Part shown: piece by piece, positions 37,594-48,428 of the stretch
How positions within the stretch are numbered: the first letter of the stretch is position 1
Layout of the letters: every line of letters begins with the position of its first letter
NCBI GenBank assembly: GCA_039208585.1
Contig: JBCCQX010000004.1
Coordinates: 52,031 to 116,030 of the forward strand
Source of the DNA: Pseudomonadota bacterium
Lineage (GTDB): Bacteria > Pseudomonadota > Alphaproteobacteria > Rhodobacterales > Rhodobacteraceae
Direction: 5' to 3'
Length of the DNA: 64,000 nt
Position numbers and translations under genes: made by a program
The notes under the pieces: generated by a model
What the model saw: only the letters and a program-made list of their open reading frames with translations
What the model was told of the DNA's origin: nothing
The model's database searches: none

Positions 37594-39087
37594 TCAACGC
37601 CTATTGCGGATGATCCGCCAAGAGAAAGCAGTCAATCCCATTAAAACGAGCGCGATCAAGGGAACGTCCCCCGTTCTGCTGTAGAGCGTCGGCGCGCGCG
37701 GATGGGGCAGCGGTGCATCCAGAAAACCGGCCTGGTTCAAGGGCAAGGCGCGGGTGACGCGGCCCCAGGGATCGATCATCGCAGAGATCCCGGTGTTTGC
37801 CGATCGGGCAAGCGGCAGCCCCTGTTCGATAGCGCGCATGCGCGCCTGGGCCAGATGCTGGCGCGGCCCAGCAGATCTGCCAAACCAAGCGTCATTGGTA
37901 AGCTGCATCAGAAACTGCGGGCGCGCGGGGGCAGCGTTCACGTCATGGGCAAAGACCACCTCGTAGCAGATCAGCGGCAAAGCCTGACCCAAAGGCCCCA
38001 AATCGATCAGCCGCGCCCCCGGTCCTGCAGAAAGGCCGCGCCAGGCTTGGCTGGAGAGACCAAAAATCCCCAGCCGGTCCATCACCGAACTGAAGGGCAC
38101 GTATTCTCCAAAAGGGACCAGGTGGTGCTTGTCATAGGTTTGCTGCACCTCTCCGCCGGGTCCGACCACCGCCATCGCATTGTAGACCTGCCCCGCCTCC
38201 AACCGGATCGCCCCCAGCACGACCGGGCTCCCCTCTGACGCGGCGGCAATCTCTGCCAGGGCGGCAGGCGCGCTGCGCAGCGGCCAAGGCACCGCCACCT
38301 CGGGCCAGATCACCAGGTCAGGCGGGGCATCGCCCGTCCCCGGCGGTGTAGCGGTAAATGCGAGTTGACGGTCAAAAAACAACATGTCCTTCGCGGGATC
38401 CATCCGGTCGCGCTGCGCGGCGTTGGGTTGCACCAGCCGCACGCTGTGCGCGGTGAGCTGCGGCGGCGGCACCAGGGGGGGCATCAGCAACGCGGCCAGG
38501 ACCGTGGTCAACAAAACCACCTGGGCAAAACGCCACCGCGCATCCCGCAACACGATGGACAAGGCCGCCGCGGCGGCAAAGGTCATGGCGTTGAGCACAT
38601 AGGGTCCGACCCAGGACAAGGTCTGCCCCAGCACTGTGTCGACCAAAGCTTGCGCTGGCATCGCCCAGGGGAACCCCGTGAACATGTAGGCGCGCAAAAG
38701 CTCAGCCGAGGTCCAAAAGAAGACGAGCGGCCCGCACCCCCGCTCTGCCAATCGGCGTGCCAGCGCAAAGGCCAGCGCCCAGAACAGGGCCAGGCCGCCC
38801 GCCATCAGGACCAGCGCAAAAGGAGCCATCCAACCGTGGCGGGCCACATCCACCATAAACGGGGAAACGATCCACTGCAGTACATGAGCGAAAAAACCGG
38901 CACCGAAAGCCCAGCCAAAAACCGCCGCCTCGTTCACGCTACGCTGCGAGGCAAACAGCCTGAAGACCACGATCAGGGCGGCGAAAAGGACGATGGGATA
39001 GCCGTAGGGTTCTTGCCCGAACCCGGCGATTGCGCCGAGCGCGCCTGCCCCCGCAACCCGTCGCCAGGTCGCGGCGCGCAAGATCAT
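37594..39087 (-). CDS. lnt: Apolipoprotein N-acyltransferase
   Basis: [32 protein letters not shown] and RSANTGIS motifs. Confidence 0.95.
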   Translation of the reverse strand: MILRAATWRRVAGAGALGAIAGFGQEPYGYPIVLFAALIVVFRLFASQRSVNEAAVFGWAFGAGFFAHVLQWIVSPFMVDVARHGWMAPFALVLMAGGLALFWALAFALARRLAERGCGPLVFFWTSAELLRAYMFTGFPWAMPAQALVDTVLGQTLSWVGPYVLNAMTFAAAAALSIVLRDARWRFAQVVLLTTVLAALLMPPLVPPPQLTAHSVRLVQPNAAQRDRMDPAKDMLFFDRQLAFTATPPGTGDAPPDLVIWPEVAVPWPLRSAPAALAEIAAASEGSPVVLGAIRLEAGQVYNAMAVVGPGGEVQQTYDKHHLVPFGEYVPFSSVMDRLGIFGLSSQAWRGLSAGPGARLIDLGPLGQALPLICYEVVFAHDVNAAPARPQFLMQLTNDAWFGRSAGPRQHLAQARMRAIEQGLPLARSANTGISAMIDPWGRVTRALPLNQAGFLDAPLPHPRAPTLYSRTGDVPLIALVLMGLTAFSWRIIRNRR

Positions 39088-39995
39088 CCCGCAGCCCCGA
39101 TGGTGCGGACGCGCAGGCGCTTTATCCGTCGAGGATCGGCATCAATCACCTCAAATTCAGGTCCGTCAGGGTGCAGCACCACCTCCCCCCGGGCGGGGAC
39201 ACGGCCTGAAAGCATAAAGACCAAACCACCGAGCGTATCAATCTCTTCTTCGTCCACGGCATCGTGATCTGTCAGGGAATGACCGATCTCGGCCTCGAAG
39301 TCTTTCAACGGCGTTTTTGAGAGCGCGAGATACGTGCCCGGCTTCTCGACAGTCCAATAGATGCCTTCGTCAATGTCGTGTTCATCTTCGATCTCACCAA
39401 CCACCTGTTCGATTAGATCCTCGATGGTGACAAGACCGTCGACGCCGCCATATTCATCGATCACCAGCGCCATGTGCCGACGCTCCGCCTGCATCTTGGT
39501 CAGCAGAACGCCGATGCTCATGCTGGGCGGGACAAACAGCAGCGGGCGCACCAGATCGGCAAGATCAAAGTCTTTGGGCGCGCCATTGAACCCGTACTGC
39601 AATGCCAAATCCTTCAGATGCGCCATGCCGATGGGCGTATCGAGCGTCCCATCGTAAACCGGCAAACGCGTCAAACCACTGTCTTTGAATGTCTTGACCA
39701 ACTCGTCCATGTCGGCGGTCACAGGCACCGCAACAATATCCGCCGTTGGGATTGAAACATCATCAACCCGCATCCGCCTGAGGTTGAGCATGCCCGGCGG
39801 GCTCACATCATCTGCAGGTGTCAAGTGACTGTCATCTACCGTGTCGGCGTCCGAAGCGCTGAGCGCCCCGATTACCCGCGAGAAAAAGCCGCCATTGCGC
39901 GCGGCCGTCTCGTGCTCACCCGGCTCTGGTTCATCAAACAGCGCGCCCCGCGCTGCGTCAGATGATCCGCCGGATGCTTCTTCCTTGTCGCCCAT
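39084..39995 (-). CDS. CBS-domain Mg/Co efflux-associated protein (CorC/HlyC family)
   Basis: Tandem CBS domains (TRLPVY, VIDEYGGVDGLVTIED) plus a CorC_HlyC C-terminus (DTLGGLV..LSGRVP). Confidence 0.9.
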   Translation of the reverse strand: MGDKEEASGGSSDAARGALFDEPEPGEHETAARNGGFFSRVIGALSASDADTVDDSHLTPADDVSPPGMLNLRRMRVDDVSIPTADIVAVPVTADMDELVKTFKDSGLTRLPVYDGTLDTPIGMAHLKDLALQYGFNGAPKDFDLADLVRPLLFVPPSMSIGVLLTKMQAERRHMALVIDEYGGVDGLVTIEDLIEQVVGEIEDEHDIDEGIYWTVEKPGTYLALSKTPLKDFEAEIGHSLTDHDAVDEEEIDTLGGLVFMLSGRVPARGEVVLHPDGPEFEVIDADPRRIKRLRVRTIGAAG

Positions 39996-40040
39996 GTGAT
40001 CCTGTCTTGTGAAATGCGATCCTGAACCGCTTGATGCACA

Positions 40041-40538
40041 CTAATATGGATTATCTACGCCCAGTTTGCCAAGTATTTCGATCTCCAACCCCTCCATCAG
40101 GGCTGCATCTGCGTCATTTATGTGATCATACCCCAACAGGTGCAACATCCCATGGACCAATAGATGGCTTGCGTGATGCTGAACCGATCTGTTCGCCTCC
40201 GCGGCCTCCCGGGTACATGTCTCATAGCTGATGGCAATGTCACCCAACGCGATAACCCCTTCAAAATCGGGCGCGGGCAGCGGCGGAACATCGCCCGGCT
40301 GCGCCAGGGCCCATTCTTGCGCGGGCCAGCTCAACACATTGGTGGGCTGGGGTTTTCCACGGAACTCCGCGTTCAGAGCGGCGATGCGCGCGTCATCGCA
40401 GGCCAGCACGGAAATCTCTGCAAGAGTTGCATCAATGTTCATCTTATTAAGGGTTTGGGCGATGGCGGCTTTGGCCAACCCATCAATATCCAGCGCCTCC
40501 CAACGGGAGTCGGCGATATTGATCGCTACATTCTCCAA
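40041..40538 (-). CDS. ybeY: rRNA maturation RNase YbeY
   Basis: PTNVLSWP, LGDIAIS and HGMLHLLGYDH motifs. Confidence 0.95.
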   Translation of the reverse strand: MENVAINIADSRWEALDIDGLAKAAIAQTLNKMNIDATLAEISVLACDDARIAALNAEFRGKPQPTNVLSWPAQEWALAQPGDVPPLPAPDFEGVIALGDIAISYETCTREAAEANRSVQHHASHLLVHGMLHLLGYDHINDADAALMEGLEIEILGKLGVDNPY

Positions 40539-40553
40539 ACGGCACCCAGGCGG

Positions 40554-41597
40554 TTAGGTCTGGCCAACATCGGCCTCGTAAGCCTCAATAATCGCAGCGA
40601 CTAATGGATGCCGAACCACGTCTTTAGAGGTGAAATAGTTGAAGCTGATCTTTGGGATGGCGCTTAGCAACCGCTCCGCATCGGCCAAACCCGACGAAAT
40701 TCCCCGCGGCAAATCAATCTGCGTCCGGTCCCCTGTAATCACCATGCGAGACCCTTCGCCCAGCCGTGTCAGGAACATTTTCATCTGCATCGTGGTGGCA
40801 TTCTGCGCCTCATCCAACACTACAAAGGCGTTTGAAAGCGTTCGCCCGCGCATGAAGGCCAAGGGCGCGATCTCAATCCGCTTTTCCTCGCGCAGCTTCG
40901 TCACCTGTTTGCCGGGCAAGAAATCGTTCAGCGCGTCATAGAGCGGCTGCATGTAGGGATCGACCTTTTCATCCTGCGTCCCAGGCAGAAAGCCCAGCTT
41001 TTCACCGGCTTCGACGGCTGGACGGCTCAGAATGATCCGGTCAACATGTCCGCCAATAAACATGGAGACACCGACAGCCACCGCCAGATACGTTTTCCCC
41101 GTGCCTGCAGGCCCAATCCCAAAAGCCAGTTCATGATCAAACAGCGCTTTGACGTAGGCTTTTTGCGCCTCCGTGCGGGGCTCCACCCGCTTTTTGCGGG
41201 TGTGGATCTCTACCGTTTCGCCGATGGCCATTTCGATTTGATCGCCACTGCGTACCCCCGTCTCCGGTCCGGGACCGCCCATGCGCAGCATGCTCTCAAC
41301 ATCCGCCTGTTCAACCGATCGGCCACTTTCAAGACGGGCATAGAGCGCATTCAAGATCGTGGCGGTCTGGGTCTCCGCATCCGTCTCACCCATCACGCGA
41401 AGCTGATTGCCGCGACGCAGGATCTGGACATCCAACGCCTTTTCGATGGCCGCCAAATGCGCGTCATACGCACCGCAAAGATCGATCAAAAGACGATTGT
41501 CGGGAAATTCAATAATCAACTGAGCAGTGGGCCTTTTGATGCCGTGTCGGTGTTCATTCACATAATGGCGACTTATCTCGCCCGCGCAACCGATCAA
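40554..41597 (-). CDS. phoH: PhoH-family ATPase (YbeZ-like)
   Basis: GPAGTGKTYLA, RPAVEAGE.LGFLPG, MRGRTL, DEAQN and VVRH motifs. True start uncertain (possibly the GTG at 41561). Confidence 0.92.
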   Translation of the reverse strand: MIGCAGEISRHYVNEHRHGIKRPTAQLIIEFPDNRLLIDLCGAYDAHLAAIEKALDVQILRRGNQLRVMGETDAETQTATILNALYARLESGRSVEQADVESMLRMGGPGPETGVRSGDQIEMAIGETVEIHTRKKRVEPRTEAQKAYVKALFDHELAFGIGPAGTGKTYLAVAVGVSMFIGGHVDRIILSRPAVEAGEKLGFLPGTQDEKVDPYMQPLYDALNDFLPGKQVTKLREEKRIEIAPLAFMRGRTLSNAFVVLDEAQNATTMQMKMFLTRLGEGSRMVITGDRTQIDLPRGISSGLADAERLLSAIPKISFNYFTSKDVVRHPLVAAIIEAYEADVGQT

Positions 41598-41683
41598 ATC
41601 TCATCGCTGCTTTTCTTCCAAAAACCAAACGGGCCGGCAATACGCACTGCCGACCCGTCTTGTGTTACGCAAAAGATGTGAAA

Positions 41684-41998
41684 TCAGTTGGGATCGCCGA
41701 ACCGAGAGCCACGCTTGAAATCGCCCACGGTCTGCGTCGGTGGGGCGATCCCAGAACAGACAGGCCGACCTGTCTTCCGGTCGAGGCGTGCAGAGAGATA
41801 TCCCTCAATACCGTCGTCGATGATCCAATGATCGCAGCCATTTGGATCAACCCATATCCCCGCCTGCAACTCGTTTAGCGGCTTGCGATCAAAACCACGG
41901 TCGATGGTTTTATCGGACGGCAACCCGCGATAACCTTCTGGGCCACACGCTGCCATGCCGAGCAGCATCAAACCCGCAAAAATGTGCTTTGTACGCAT
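41684..41998 (-). CDS. Small lipoprotein with a WVDPxGCxHW...PVC motif
   Basis: Signal peptide with lipobox MAAC (Cys18); GGAG Shine-Dalgarno upstream. Confidence 0.8.
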   Translation of the reverse strand: MRTKHIFAGLMLLGMAACGPEGYRGLPSDKTIDRGFDRKPLNELQAGIWVDPNGCDHWIIDDGIEGYLSARLDRKTGRPVCSGIAPPTQTVGDFKRGSRFGDPN

Positions 41999-42007
41999 GA
42001 TGCCCTC

Positions 42008-42637
42008 CTATCGCACGCAAAGAATGTCAACGCGGCGATTTTGGGCCCTACCCTCGACGGTCGCATTAGAAGCTATGGGTTGGCGTTCGCCAAATCCACG
42101 GATGTCAATAACGTTCGCACCCGCGGCAGCAGCCACACGGGCCACGGCGTTCGCCCGGTTCAGGCTAAGTGTTATGTTGTATGCGTCAGACGCACGGCTG
42201 TCGGTGTGACCCGTGATAATGTATCCACGCGCCGGATTTGCATTGAAGAATGCGATCAGCGCCTCGCGACGCTGGGGCGATATGTCAAACTTGTCGGTCG
42301 CAAAATACTGATCGGCGGACAGTGATCCGCATGCATTCGGCTCCCGACATACGGGGATGCCGTGACGATTGACGTGCGGGGTCATGAAACCCTCCTCACC
42401 GTCATCCATCACCCAATGCTCGCATCCGTCAGGATCAACCCAGATCGTCGGGATGTACTGCCCCCCGTCACGCACCCGCTGCGAGGGCGTGTTGGGGTTC
42501 GTCACCTCATCAGGCAAATTTGCGTTTATCGAGCTGTTGCCCCGACCTTGCGCATGTACACCTGAACTGCTTAACACAAACAGGGCGAGCGCAAATGCCG
42601 TCAAGGCACTGCAGTTCGCCTTAAAATTACTCACCAC
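42008..42637 (-). CDS. Exported OmpA C-terminal (peptidoglycan-binding) domain protein
   Basis: GTG start 8 nt after AGGAG; signal peptide; GHTDSRAS..YN..LS..RA and NRRVDI motifs; N-terminal WVDPDGCEHW motif. Confidence 0.88.
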   Translation of the reverse strand: MVSNFKANCSALTAFALALFVLSSSGVHAQGRGNSSINANLPDEVTNPNTPSQRVRDGGQYIPTIWVDPDGCEHWVMDDGEEGFMTPHVNRHGIPVCREPNACGSLSADQYFATDKFDISPQRREALIAFFNANPARGYIITGHTDSRASDAYNITLSLNRANAVARVAAAAGANVIDIRGFGERQPIASNATVEGRAQNRRVDILCVR

Positions 42638-42786
42638 GATAACAACTCCTACGTAGCCCCCCAGGCCAGTGTGCAGCGCGGTTTCTTTCAAAACTCTTAA
42701 TATTACGATTTCTCTTTTCTGATCAATCTCATTTGAGACTAAATTCAAGTATCATAGCAAATCGTTCCATGATCAACCTGAAACAG

Positions 42787-44127
42787 TTACATTTTTGTCG
42801 CACACGCGCTCGTCTCTCGCGCTTGGAGTGAATTTGCCTTCGCATCGATAATGCTGACGGTCACCAAATCACCCACCTGCGAGGTCGCAGCGTCAATGTG
42901 GACGGCGTGCAAATACTCTGATTTCCCCAGCATTTGCCCAGGTTCACGCCCTTTGCGCTCAACCAAGACTGACACATCGCGGCCTACCATGCTGTCTTGT
43001 ATTTGACGTTGGTGATGCGTGATCAATTTCTGCAGACGCTGCAACCGCTCATCCGCCACCGCGGCATCGACCAGAGGACGCTCAGCGGCGGGGGTGCCTG
43101 GGCGGGTGGAATACTTGAAGGAATAGGCATAGCCGTATTTCACCTCCTCGACCAAGGCCATCGTAGCCTCAAAATCTGCGTCGCTTTCCTCGGGGAAACC
43201 CACGATGAAATCGCCTGACATCACGATGTCGGGGCGCGCGGCACGAATGCGTTCAATCAGCCGCAAATAGCTTTCCGCCGTGTGACGCCGGTTCATCCGT
43301 TTGAGAATGCGATCAGAGCCGGACTGCACCGGAAGATGCAGATAAGGCATCAGTTTTTCCACCTCGCCATGCGCCGCGATCAGATCATCATCCATGTCAT
43401 TGGGGTGACTGGTGGTGTAACGGATCCGGTCAAGCCCGTCGATTTTTGCCAGCGCTTTGATCAGCGCCGCCAGCGACATGTCACCCGTCTCATCCTGCCC
43501 GTGATAAGCGTTCACGTTCTGGCCCAACAGCGTAATTTCCCTCACACCGCGCTCGACCAAATCGCGCGCTTCTGACAGCACCTGATGCGCCGGGCGGCTT
43601 ACCTCAGCCCCTCGGGTGTAGGGCACCACGCAGAAAGCGCAAAATTTATCGCACCCTTCCTGGACCGTCAGAAAAGCCGCGGGCGCGCGGCGTGCCTTAG
43701 GGCGTGCTTTGAGGTGGTTAAATTTATCCTCAAGGGGGAAATCCGTGTCGAGCGCGCGGGTGCCGCTGCGCACCTGACGTGTCATTTCGGGCAAACGATG
43801 ATATGATTGTGGCCCAACCACAAGATCCACGGCGGGCTGGCGGCGCACAATCTCTTGCCCCTCTGCCTGCGCCACACATCCCGCAACGCCGATTTTCAAA
43901 TCCGGTTTGGCATCTTTGATCAGCTTCAAGCGGCCAAGCTCGGAATAGATCTTTTCCGCCGCGCGTTCTCGAATGTGGCAGGTGTTCAGCAGGATCATAT
44001 CAGCGTCCTTTGGATCCTGCGTCTCCACATAGCCCTCGCCGCCCATTGCCTCGGCCATACGCTCACTGTCGTAGACATTCATCTGACAGCCATAGGTTTT
44101 GATGTAGAGTTTTTTGGGTGCGGACAT
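42787..44127 (-). CDS. miaB: tRNA-2-methylthio-N6-dimethylallyladenosine synthase
   Basis: [23 protein letters not shown] (radical SAM) and a C-terminal TRAM domain. Confidence 0.97.
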   Translation of the reverse strand: MSAPKKLYIKTYGCQMNVYDSERMAEAMGGEGYVETQDPKDADMILLNTCHIRERAAEKIYSELGRLKLIKDAKPDLKIGVAGCVAQAEGQEIVRRQPAVDLVVGPQSYHRLPEMTRQVRSGTRALDTDFPLEDKFNHLKARPKARRAPAAFLTVQEGCDKFCAFCVVPYTRGAEVSRPAHQVLSEARDLVERGVREITLLGQNVNAYHGQDETGDMSLAALIKALAKIDGLDRIRYTTSHPNDMDDDLIAAHGEVEKLMPYLHLPVQSGSDRILKRMNRRHTAESYLRLIERIRAARPDIVMSGDFIVGFPEESDADFEATMALVEEVKYGYAYSFKYSTRPGTPAAERPLVDAAVADERLQRLQKLITHHQRQIQDSMVGRDVSVLVERKGREPGQMLGKSEYLHAVHIDAATSQVGDLVTVSIIDAKANSLQARETSACATKM

Positions 44128-44243
44128 GGCGATAAACAAGCTGTTGTGCATTGGCAAAAGCTGTAGCAGCGCGCAGGATCTCTTGCAATGCGACCGAATT
44201 TGACAGAGCTTCGCAGGCACAACAAACTAGCCCTTGCCGCATC

Positions 44244-45113
44244 ATGCAACACGCCAGCATCAAGAGTTTTATCCAAGCGCAGGCCAGCGCCCCGCTGAAA
44301 GGCCCGATTGCCATTGTTCTGGTGGAAGACGCGGTAGAAATCGAAAGCACGTTGCGTCACCATTTAGGACTGGGATTTCGCAGCGTCATTGCCCTCATGC
44401 CGCCCGTCTTTGATCTGCCGAGCGATCTGACGGCGCGTATCCACCGGATACATTACAACATGTCGCGGCAAAAAGCGGCGGAGACCGCCATCAACACGCT
44501 GATGCCCGCGTTGCGAAACGAATGGGTCTTTTACTGCTATAACGCTGAATATCTCTTCTACCCGTTTTGCGAAACGCGCAACGTGATCGAAATGCTTGCG
44601 TTTCATGAGGAAGAGCGGCGCGATGCGATGCTGTGCTATGTCGTTGACCTTTATGCGGATGATCTTCATCGCTTTCCAAATGCTGTCTCACTCGACCAGG
44701 CGACGATGGATCGGTCGGGGTATTACGCGCTTGCCCGCCGCGACGAAAAACGCGGGGGCGACCCAAAAGAACGACAGCTTGATTTCTTCGGGGGGCTCAG
44801 GTGGCGGTTTGAGGAACATGTCCCCAAAAACCGCCGCAAAATCGATCGTATCGCCCTATTCCGCGCCCGAAAAGGGTTGCAGCTGCGCTGGGATCACACC
44901 TTTGACGACGAAGAATACAACACCTATGCGTGCCCTTGGCATCACAATATCACGGCGGCGATCTGCTCTTTCCGCACGGCCAAGGCGCTGAAAACCAACC
45001 CTGGAAGCACCTTCGATATCGAGAGCTTCAACTGGCACAATTCGACCCCGTTTTCTTGGGACTCAAAACAGCTGCTTGATCTCGGGCTGATCGAACCGGG
45101 ACAGTGGTTTTAA
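44244..45113 (+). CDS. Conserved hypothetical protein, possibly GT-A/GT2-like
   Basis: 289-aa ORF with good coding character. The glycosyltransferase resemblance ('YNAEYLFYP', 'YVVDLYA') is weak. Confidence 0.65.
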   Translation: MQHASIKSFIQAQASAPLKGPIAIVLVEDAVEIESTLRHHLGLGFRSVIALMPPVFDLPSDLTARIHRIHYNMSRQKAAETAINTLMPALRNEWVFYCYNAEYLFYPFCETRNVIEMLAFHEEERRDAMLCYVVDLYADDLHRFPNAVSLDQATMDRSGYYALARRDEKRGGDPKERQLDFFGGLRWRFEEHVPKNRRKIDRIALFRARKGLQLRWDHTFDDEEYNTYACPWHHNITAAICSFRTAKALKTNPGSTFDIESFNWHNSTPFSWDSKQLLDLGLIEPGQWF

Positions 45114-45309
45114 ACCTGTGAGTTTAAATCCAGGATCCCTTGCCCAAAACGACGTAGCGCCAGTCCGAGGGGTGGCGCAATCGCGCCGCCCGTCAAACCC
45201 AGGGTTTGCCTTCGGCAAAACGGGGGCGGACAAGCGCGGCTCAACAGAAGCTGTTGAGCGGGTGGGTGAGAGGGAACCGGCTGCATCAGGTTTCGGGCCG
45301 AAAGCTCTA
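45111..45309 (+). mobile_element. MITE-like element, copy 6 (long variant)
   Basis: Starts at the upstream TAA stop; GATCCCTTGCCCAAA core; hairpin CTCAACAG-AAG-CTGTTGAG; right TIR (reverse complement) TAGAGCT-N7-CGAAACCTG; extra internal segment at about 45172-45221. Confidence 0.72.
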
Positions 45310-45418
45310 GTCAGAGCCCACAAGCCACATAATTCCCGAGCCGTCATCAGCACGTTTGCTTCGTGAACGAAAAGATCATCCGCACCATCAAGCCGGGCGA
45401 CACTGGTGGTTATTCGCG

Positions 45419-45847
45419 TTATACGCGGCGCAACCTGATCACCACATCGACGGAGGCGATTTCCGCACCGTCGGGCGCGTCGGGCAATGCAGCAATCACC
45501 AATTCGTCTGACGGGGCATCCGTCAGCTTGCCCTCATCCTCCCAAAAGAAGTGGGGGTGATCATGGGTGTTCGTGTCAAAGTAACTTTTGGAGCCATCCA
45601 CCGTCACCTCTTGCAACAGACCGGCGTCACAGAAAGCGCGCAAGGTGTTGTAAACGGTGGCGAGGGATACCGCCTCCCCATGCCCTTTTGCTGATTCAAA
45701 CAGGCTTTCAGCAGTCACATGCCGATGTTTGCCGTCCCCGATGAGCAAGCTTGCCAAGGTCACGCGCTGGCGGGTCGGGCGCACACCGCCATCTACCAAC
45801 CACCTGGTGCCATTTTCCACGTGCAACTGATTCATCGATCGCTCCAT
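45419..45847 (-). CDS. irr: Fur-family iron response regulator Irr
   Basis: RPTRQR..L, RHVTAESL, SLATVYNTL, YFDTN..DHPHF.WED; divergent from fabA, as is typical for alphaproteobacterial irr. Confidence 0.88.
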   Translation of the reverse strand: MERSMNQLHVENGTRWLVDGGVRPTRQRVTLASLLIGDGKHRHVTAESLFESAKGHGEAVSLATVYNTLRAFCDAGLLQEVTVDGSKSYFDTNTHDHPHFFWEDEGKLTDAPSDELVIAALPDAPDGAEIASVDVVIRLRRV

Positions 45848-45983
45848 CTACGTCCCTACCGCTATATAAGCCCTTTTGCGACCTGTTTTCAATTGGCAAA
45901 GCGTTTTCATCGCTCTTGCAGCGCTGGGGAACGCGATGATAGACCGCCTGAAACGCTAAAAGCCCGAGCAGGAGCGCGCACGC

Positions 45984-46493
45984 ATGGCCGATTACCCAAC
46001 GCAGTTTGACAAAGAGGGGTTGCTAAAATGCGCGCGCGGCGAACTTTTCGGCCCCGGCAATGCGCAGCTGCCCGCACCGCCCATGCTGATGATGGACCGG
46101 ATCACCGATGTTTCCGCCGACGGGGGCGCGCATGGCAAAGGTCACATCGTGGCGGAGTTCGACATCTCACCCGATCTGTGGTTTTTCGACTGTCATTTCC
46201 TTGGCAACCCGATCATGCCGGGATGTTTGGGGCTGGATGGCCTTTGGCAGTTGACAGGCTTTAACCTGGGCTGGCGCGGGTGGCGGGGGCGCGGATACGC
46301 GCTTGGCGTAGGAGAGGTGAAGCTGACCGGGATGGTGCGCCCAGATCGCAAGTTAGTGACCTATAAGATCGATTTTACCAAGGCGATCCAGACACGGCGT
46401 TTGACCTTGGGTGTCGCCGACGGGATCGTGGAAGCTGACGGCGAAATCATCTACCAAGTCAAAGACATGAAGGTCGCGCTGAGCGAAAGCTAA
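45984..46493 (+). CDS. fabA: 3-hydroxyacyl-ACP dehydratase/isomerase
   Basis: [31 protein letters not shown] motifs. Confidence 0.96.
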   Translation: MADYPTQFDKEGLLKCARGELFGPGNAQLPAPPMLMMDRITDVSADGGAHGKGHIVAEFDISPDLWFFDCHFLGNPIMPGCLGLDGLWQLTGFNLGWRGWRGRGYALGVGEVKLTGMVRPDRKLVTYKIDFTKAIQTRRLTLGVADGIVEADGEIIYQVKDMKVALSES

Positions 46494-46636
46494 CACCTTC
46501 GCCCTTAAAGCTGGTACACTCCGACTCTATGAGCGTCCTGCCCAACAGCTTACGCTGGGCCGCGCCGTTCCGCCCCCACGGGGCGGCGCTAAGTCGGTTT
46601 GGGCAAGGGATCTTGGGTTCAAGACCGGATGCATTA
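46491..46636 (-). mobile_element. MITE-like element, copy 7 (inverted)
   Basis: Reverse complement reads TAATGCA-N7-TTGAACCCAAGATCCCTTGCCCAAACCGACTTAGCGCCGCCCCGTGGGGGCGGAACGGCGCGGCCC; the other TIR starts at the fabA TAA stop. Confidence 0.78.
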
Positions 46637-46736
46637 ACCCGCCAGCGTTTCCAGCGGCGTCTCCCTCGACGTCGATGCTCTGCGCATCCCTAAAGCAGCT
46701 CTAGATATTCGCGCGACAGCCCAAAGGCCGCACACT

Positions 46737-48428
46737 TTAACCGCGCAACTGAGAGAGCTTGGGCATCAACTCAAGCAGTTGGGACGTGTAAGGATGCTGA
46801 GGGTCGGTGAATAAATGCTCGGTTTCCTGCACTTCGACCAATTGGCCTTGCCGCATGACACCGACGCGGTCGCACATCTGGCGCACCACGGGCAAATCGT
46901 GGCTGATGAACAGCATGGTAAGACCCAGATGCTCTTGCAGATCTTTCAGAATATTCAGGATCTGCGCCTGGATTGAGACGTCAAGCGCGCTGGTCGGCTC
47001 ATCGCAGATCAAAAACCGCGGCTGCGTCGCCAAAGCCCGCGCGATCGAGATACGCTGACGTTGACCACCGGAAAATTCATGCGGGAATTTTTGCCAGGCA
47101 TCCTTGGCCAAGCCCACCCTGTCCAGCAACTCGCGCACGCGCGGCGCAACCTCTACGCGCGCCAGCAGTTTGTGATGGAGCAGCGGTTCAGCCACGATAT
47201 CACCCACCTTCATGCGCGGGTTGAGGCTTGAGAAGGGATCCTGAAAGATCATCTGAATTTGACGGCGGTAGCGCGCAAGGCCGCGAGTGTCCATCTTGGT
47301 TACGTCTTCTTCGTCAAAGAAAATCTGCCCCGCGTCCACCTGGTGAAGAGTGGCGATCATGCGCGCCACGGTCGACTTGCCAGACCCGCTTTCGCCCACC
47401 AAGCCAAAAACCTCGCCGTCCCGGATGTGGAAAGAGACATCGTCCACCGCGGTGAAATAGCGCCTTTGCGATGGTAGGAGAGAGGACTTTTCAATGAAGC
47501 GCTTGGAGATCCCCCGGACCTCAACCAGCGTCCCACTTTTCGACCGTTTGGTTTGATCCCAGTTGCGCGCCAGATCTTCGATTTTGAAAATCGTATCCCG
47601 CCCGCCATAGCTGACCTGCGGGAACCGCGCGACCTTTCGGTGGGGCCGCGGCACGGCGGCGATCAGGGACCGCGTATACGCATGGGTGGGCGCACCGAGG
47701 ATCTGCGCGGTGGTGCCACTTTCCACAACTTGGCCCGCATACATCACCGTCACCTGCTCTGTCGTATCGGCGATCACCCCCATGTCATGGGTCACAAGGA
47801 TCACCCCCACCTGTCGCTCGACCGCGAGTTCTTTGATCAGGTCAAGCACCTGCGCCTGGATTGAGACGTCAAGCGCGGTCGTTGGTTCGTCTGCGACGAT
47901 CACCGAGGGTTCCGAGCACAGCGCCAGCGCGATCACCACCCGTTGCCGCATGCCGCCAGAAAACTGATGCGGGTACTGATTGAACCGTTCTGTCGGATTG
48001 GGGATCGACACGCGGTCCAGCAAGGCAATCGCGCGCTCTTTTGCCTCGGCCGCGCTGACACTTAGATGCAGTTGGATCGTCTCAACCAATTGCTCGCCCA
48101 CCGTAAACAGAGGGTTGAGAGAGGTCAGCGGGTCCTGAAAGATCATCGCGATCTCTTTGCCGCGAAGCCGCCGTTTCTCTTCGGCACTCAGGTGGTCAAT
48201 CCGGCGTCCGCTCAGCCACACCTCGCCCTGAGCAATGCGCGCGGGCGGGTCCAGCAGGCCGATCACCGCATTGCCCGTCATCGATTTGCCCGCCCCGGAT
48301 TCCCCCACGACGCCCCGGATTTCCCCAGGACGGATTTCATAGCTGACGTCTTGCACGGGCCTAACAAGACCGTGCCGCGTTGGTATTTCAACGGTCAGAT
48401 CACGAATAGAGAGGACGGGATGTGTCAT
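46737..48428 (-). CDS. Peptide/nickel-type ABC transporter, fused double ATPase (DppD/F-like)
   Basis: Two Walker A motifs (GESGAGKS, GESGSGKS), FSGGMRQR/FSGGQRQR signatures and DEPT motifs. Confidence 0.95.
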   Translation of the reverse strand: MTHPVLSIRDLTVEIPTRHGLVRPVQDVSYEIRPGEIRGVVGESGAGKSMTGNAVIGLLDPPARIAQGEVWLSGRRIDHLSAEEKRRLRGKEIAMIFQDPLTSLNPLFTVGEQLVETIQLHLSVSAAEAKERAIALLDRVSIPNPTERFNQYPHQFSGGMRQRVVIALALCSEPSVIVADEPTTALDVSIQAQVLDLIKELAVERQVGVILVTHDMGVIADTTEQVTVMYAGQVVESGTTAQILGAPTHAYTRSLIAAVPRPHRKVARFPQVSYGGRDTIFKIEDLARNWDQTKRSKSGTLVEVRGISKRFIEKSSLLPSQRRYFTAVDDVSFHIRDGEVFGLVGESGSGKSTVARMIATLHQVDAGQIFFDEEDVTKMDTRGLARYRRQIQMIFQDPFSSLNPRMKVGDIVAEPLLHHKLLARVEVAPRVRELLDRVGLAKDAWQKFPHEFSGGQRQRISIARALATQPRFLICDEPTSALDVSIQAQILNILKDLQEHLGLTMLFISHDLPVVRQMCDRVGVMRQGQLVEVQETEHLFTDPQHPYTSQLLELMPKLSQLRG

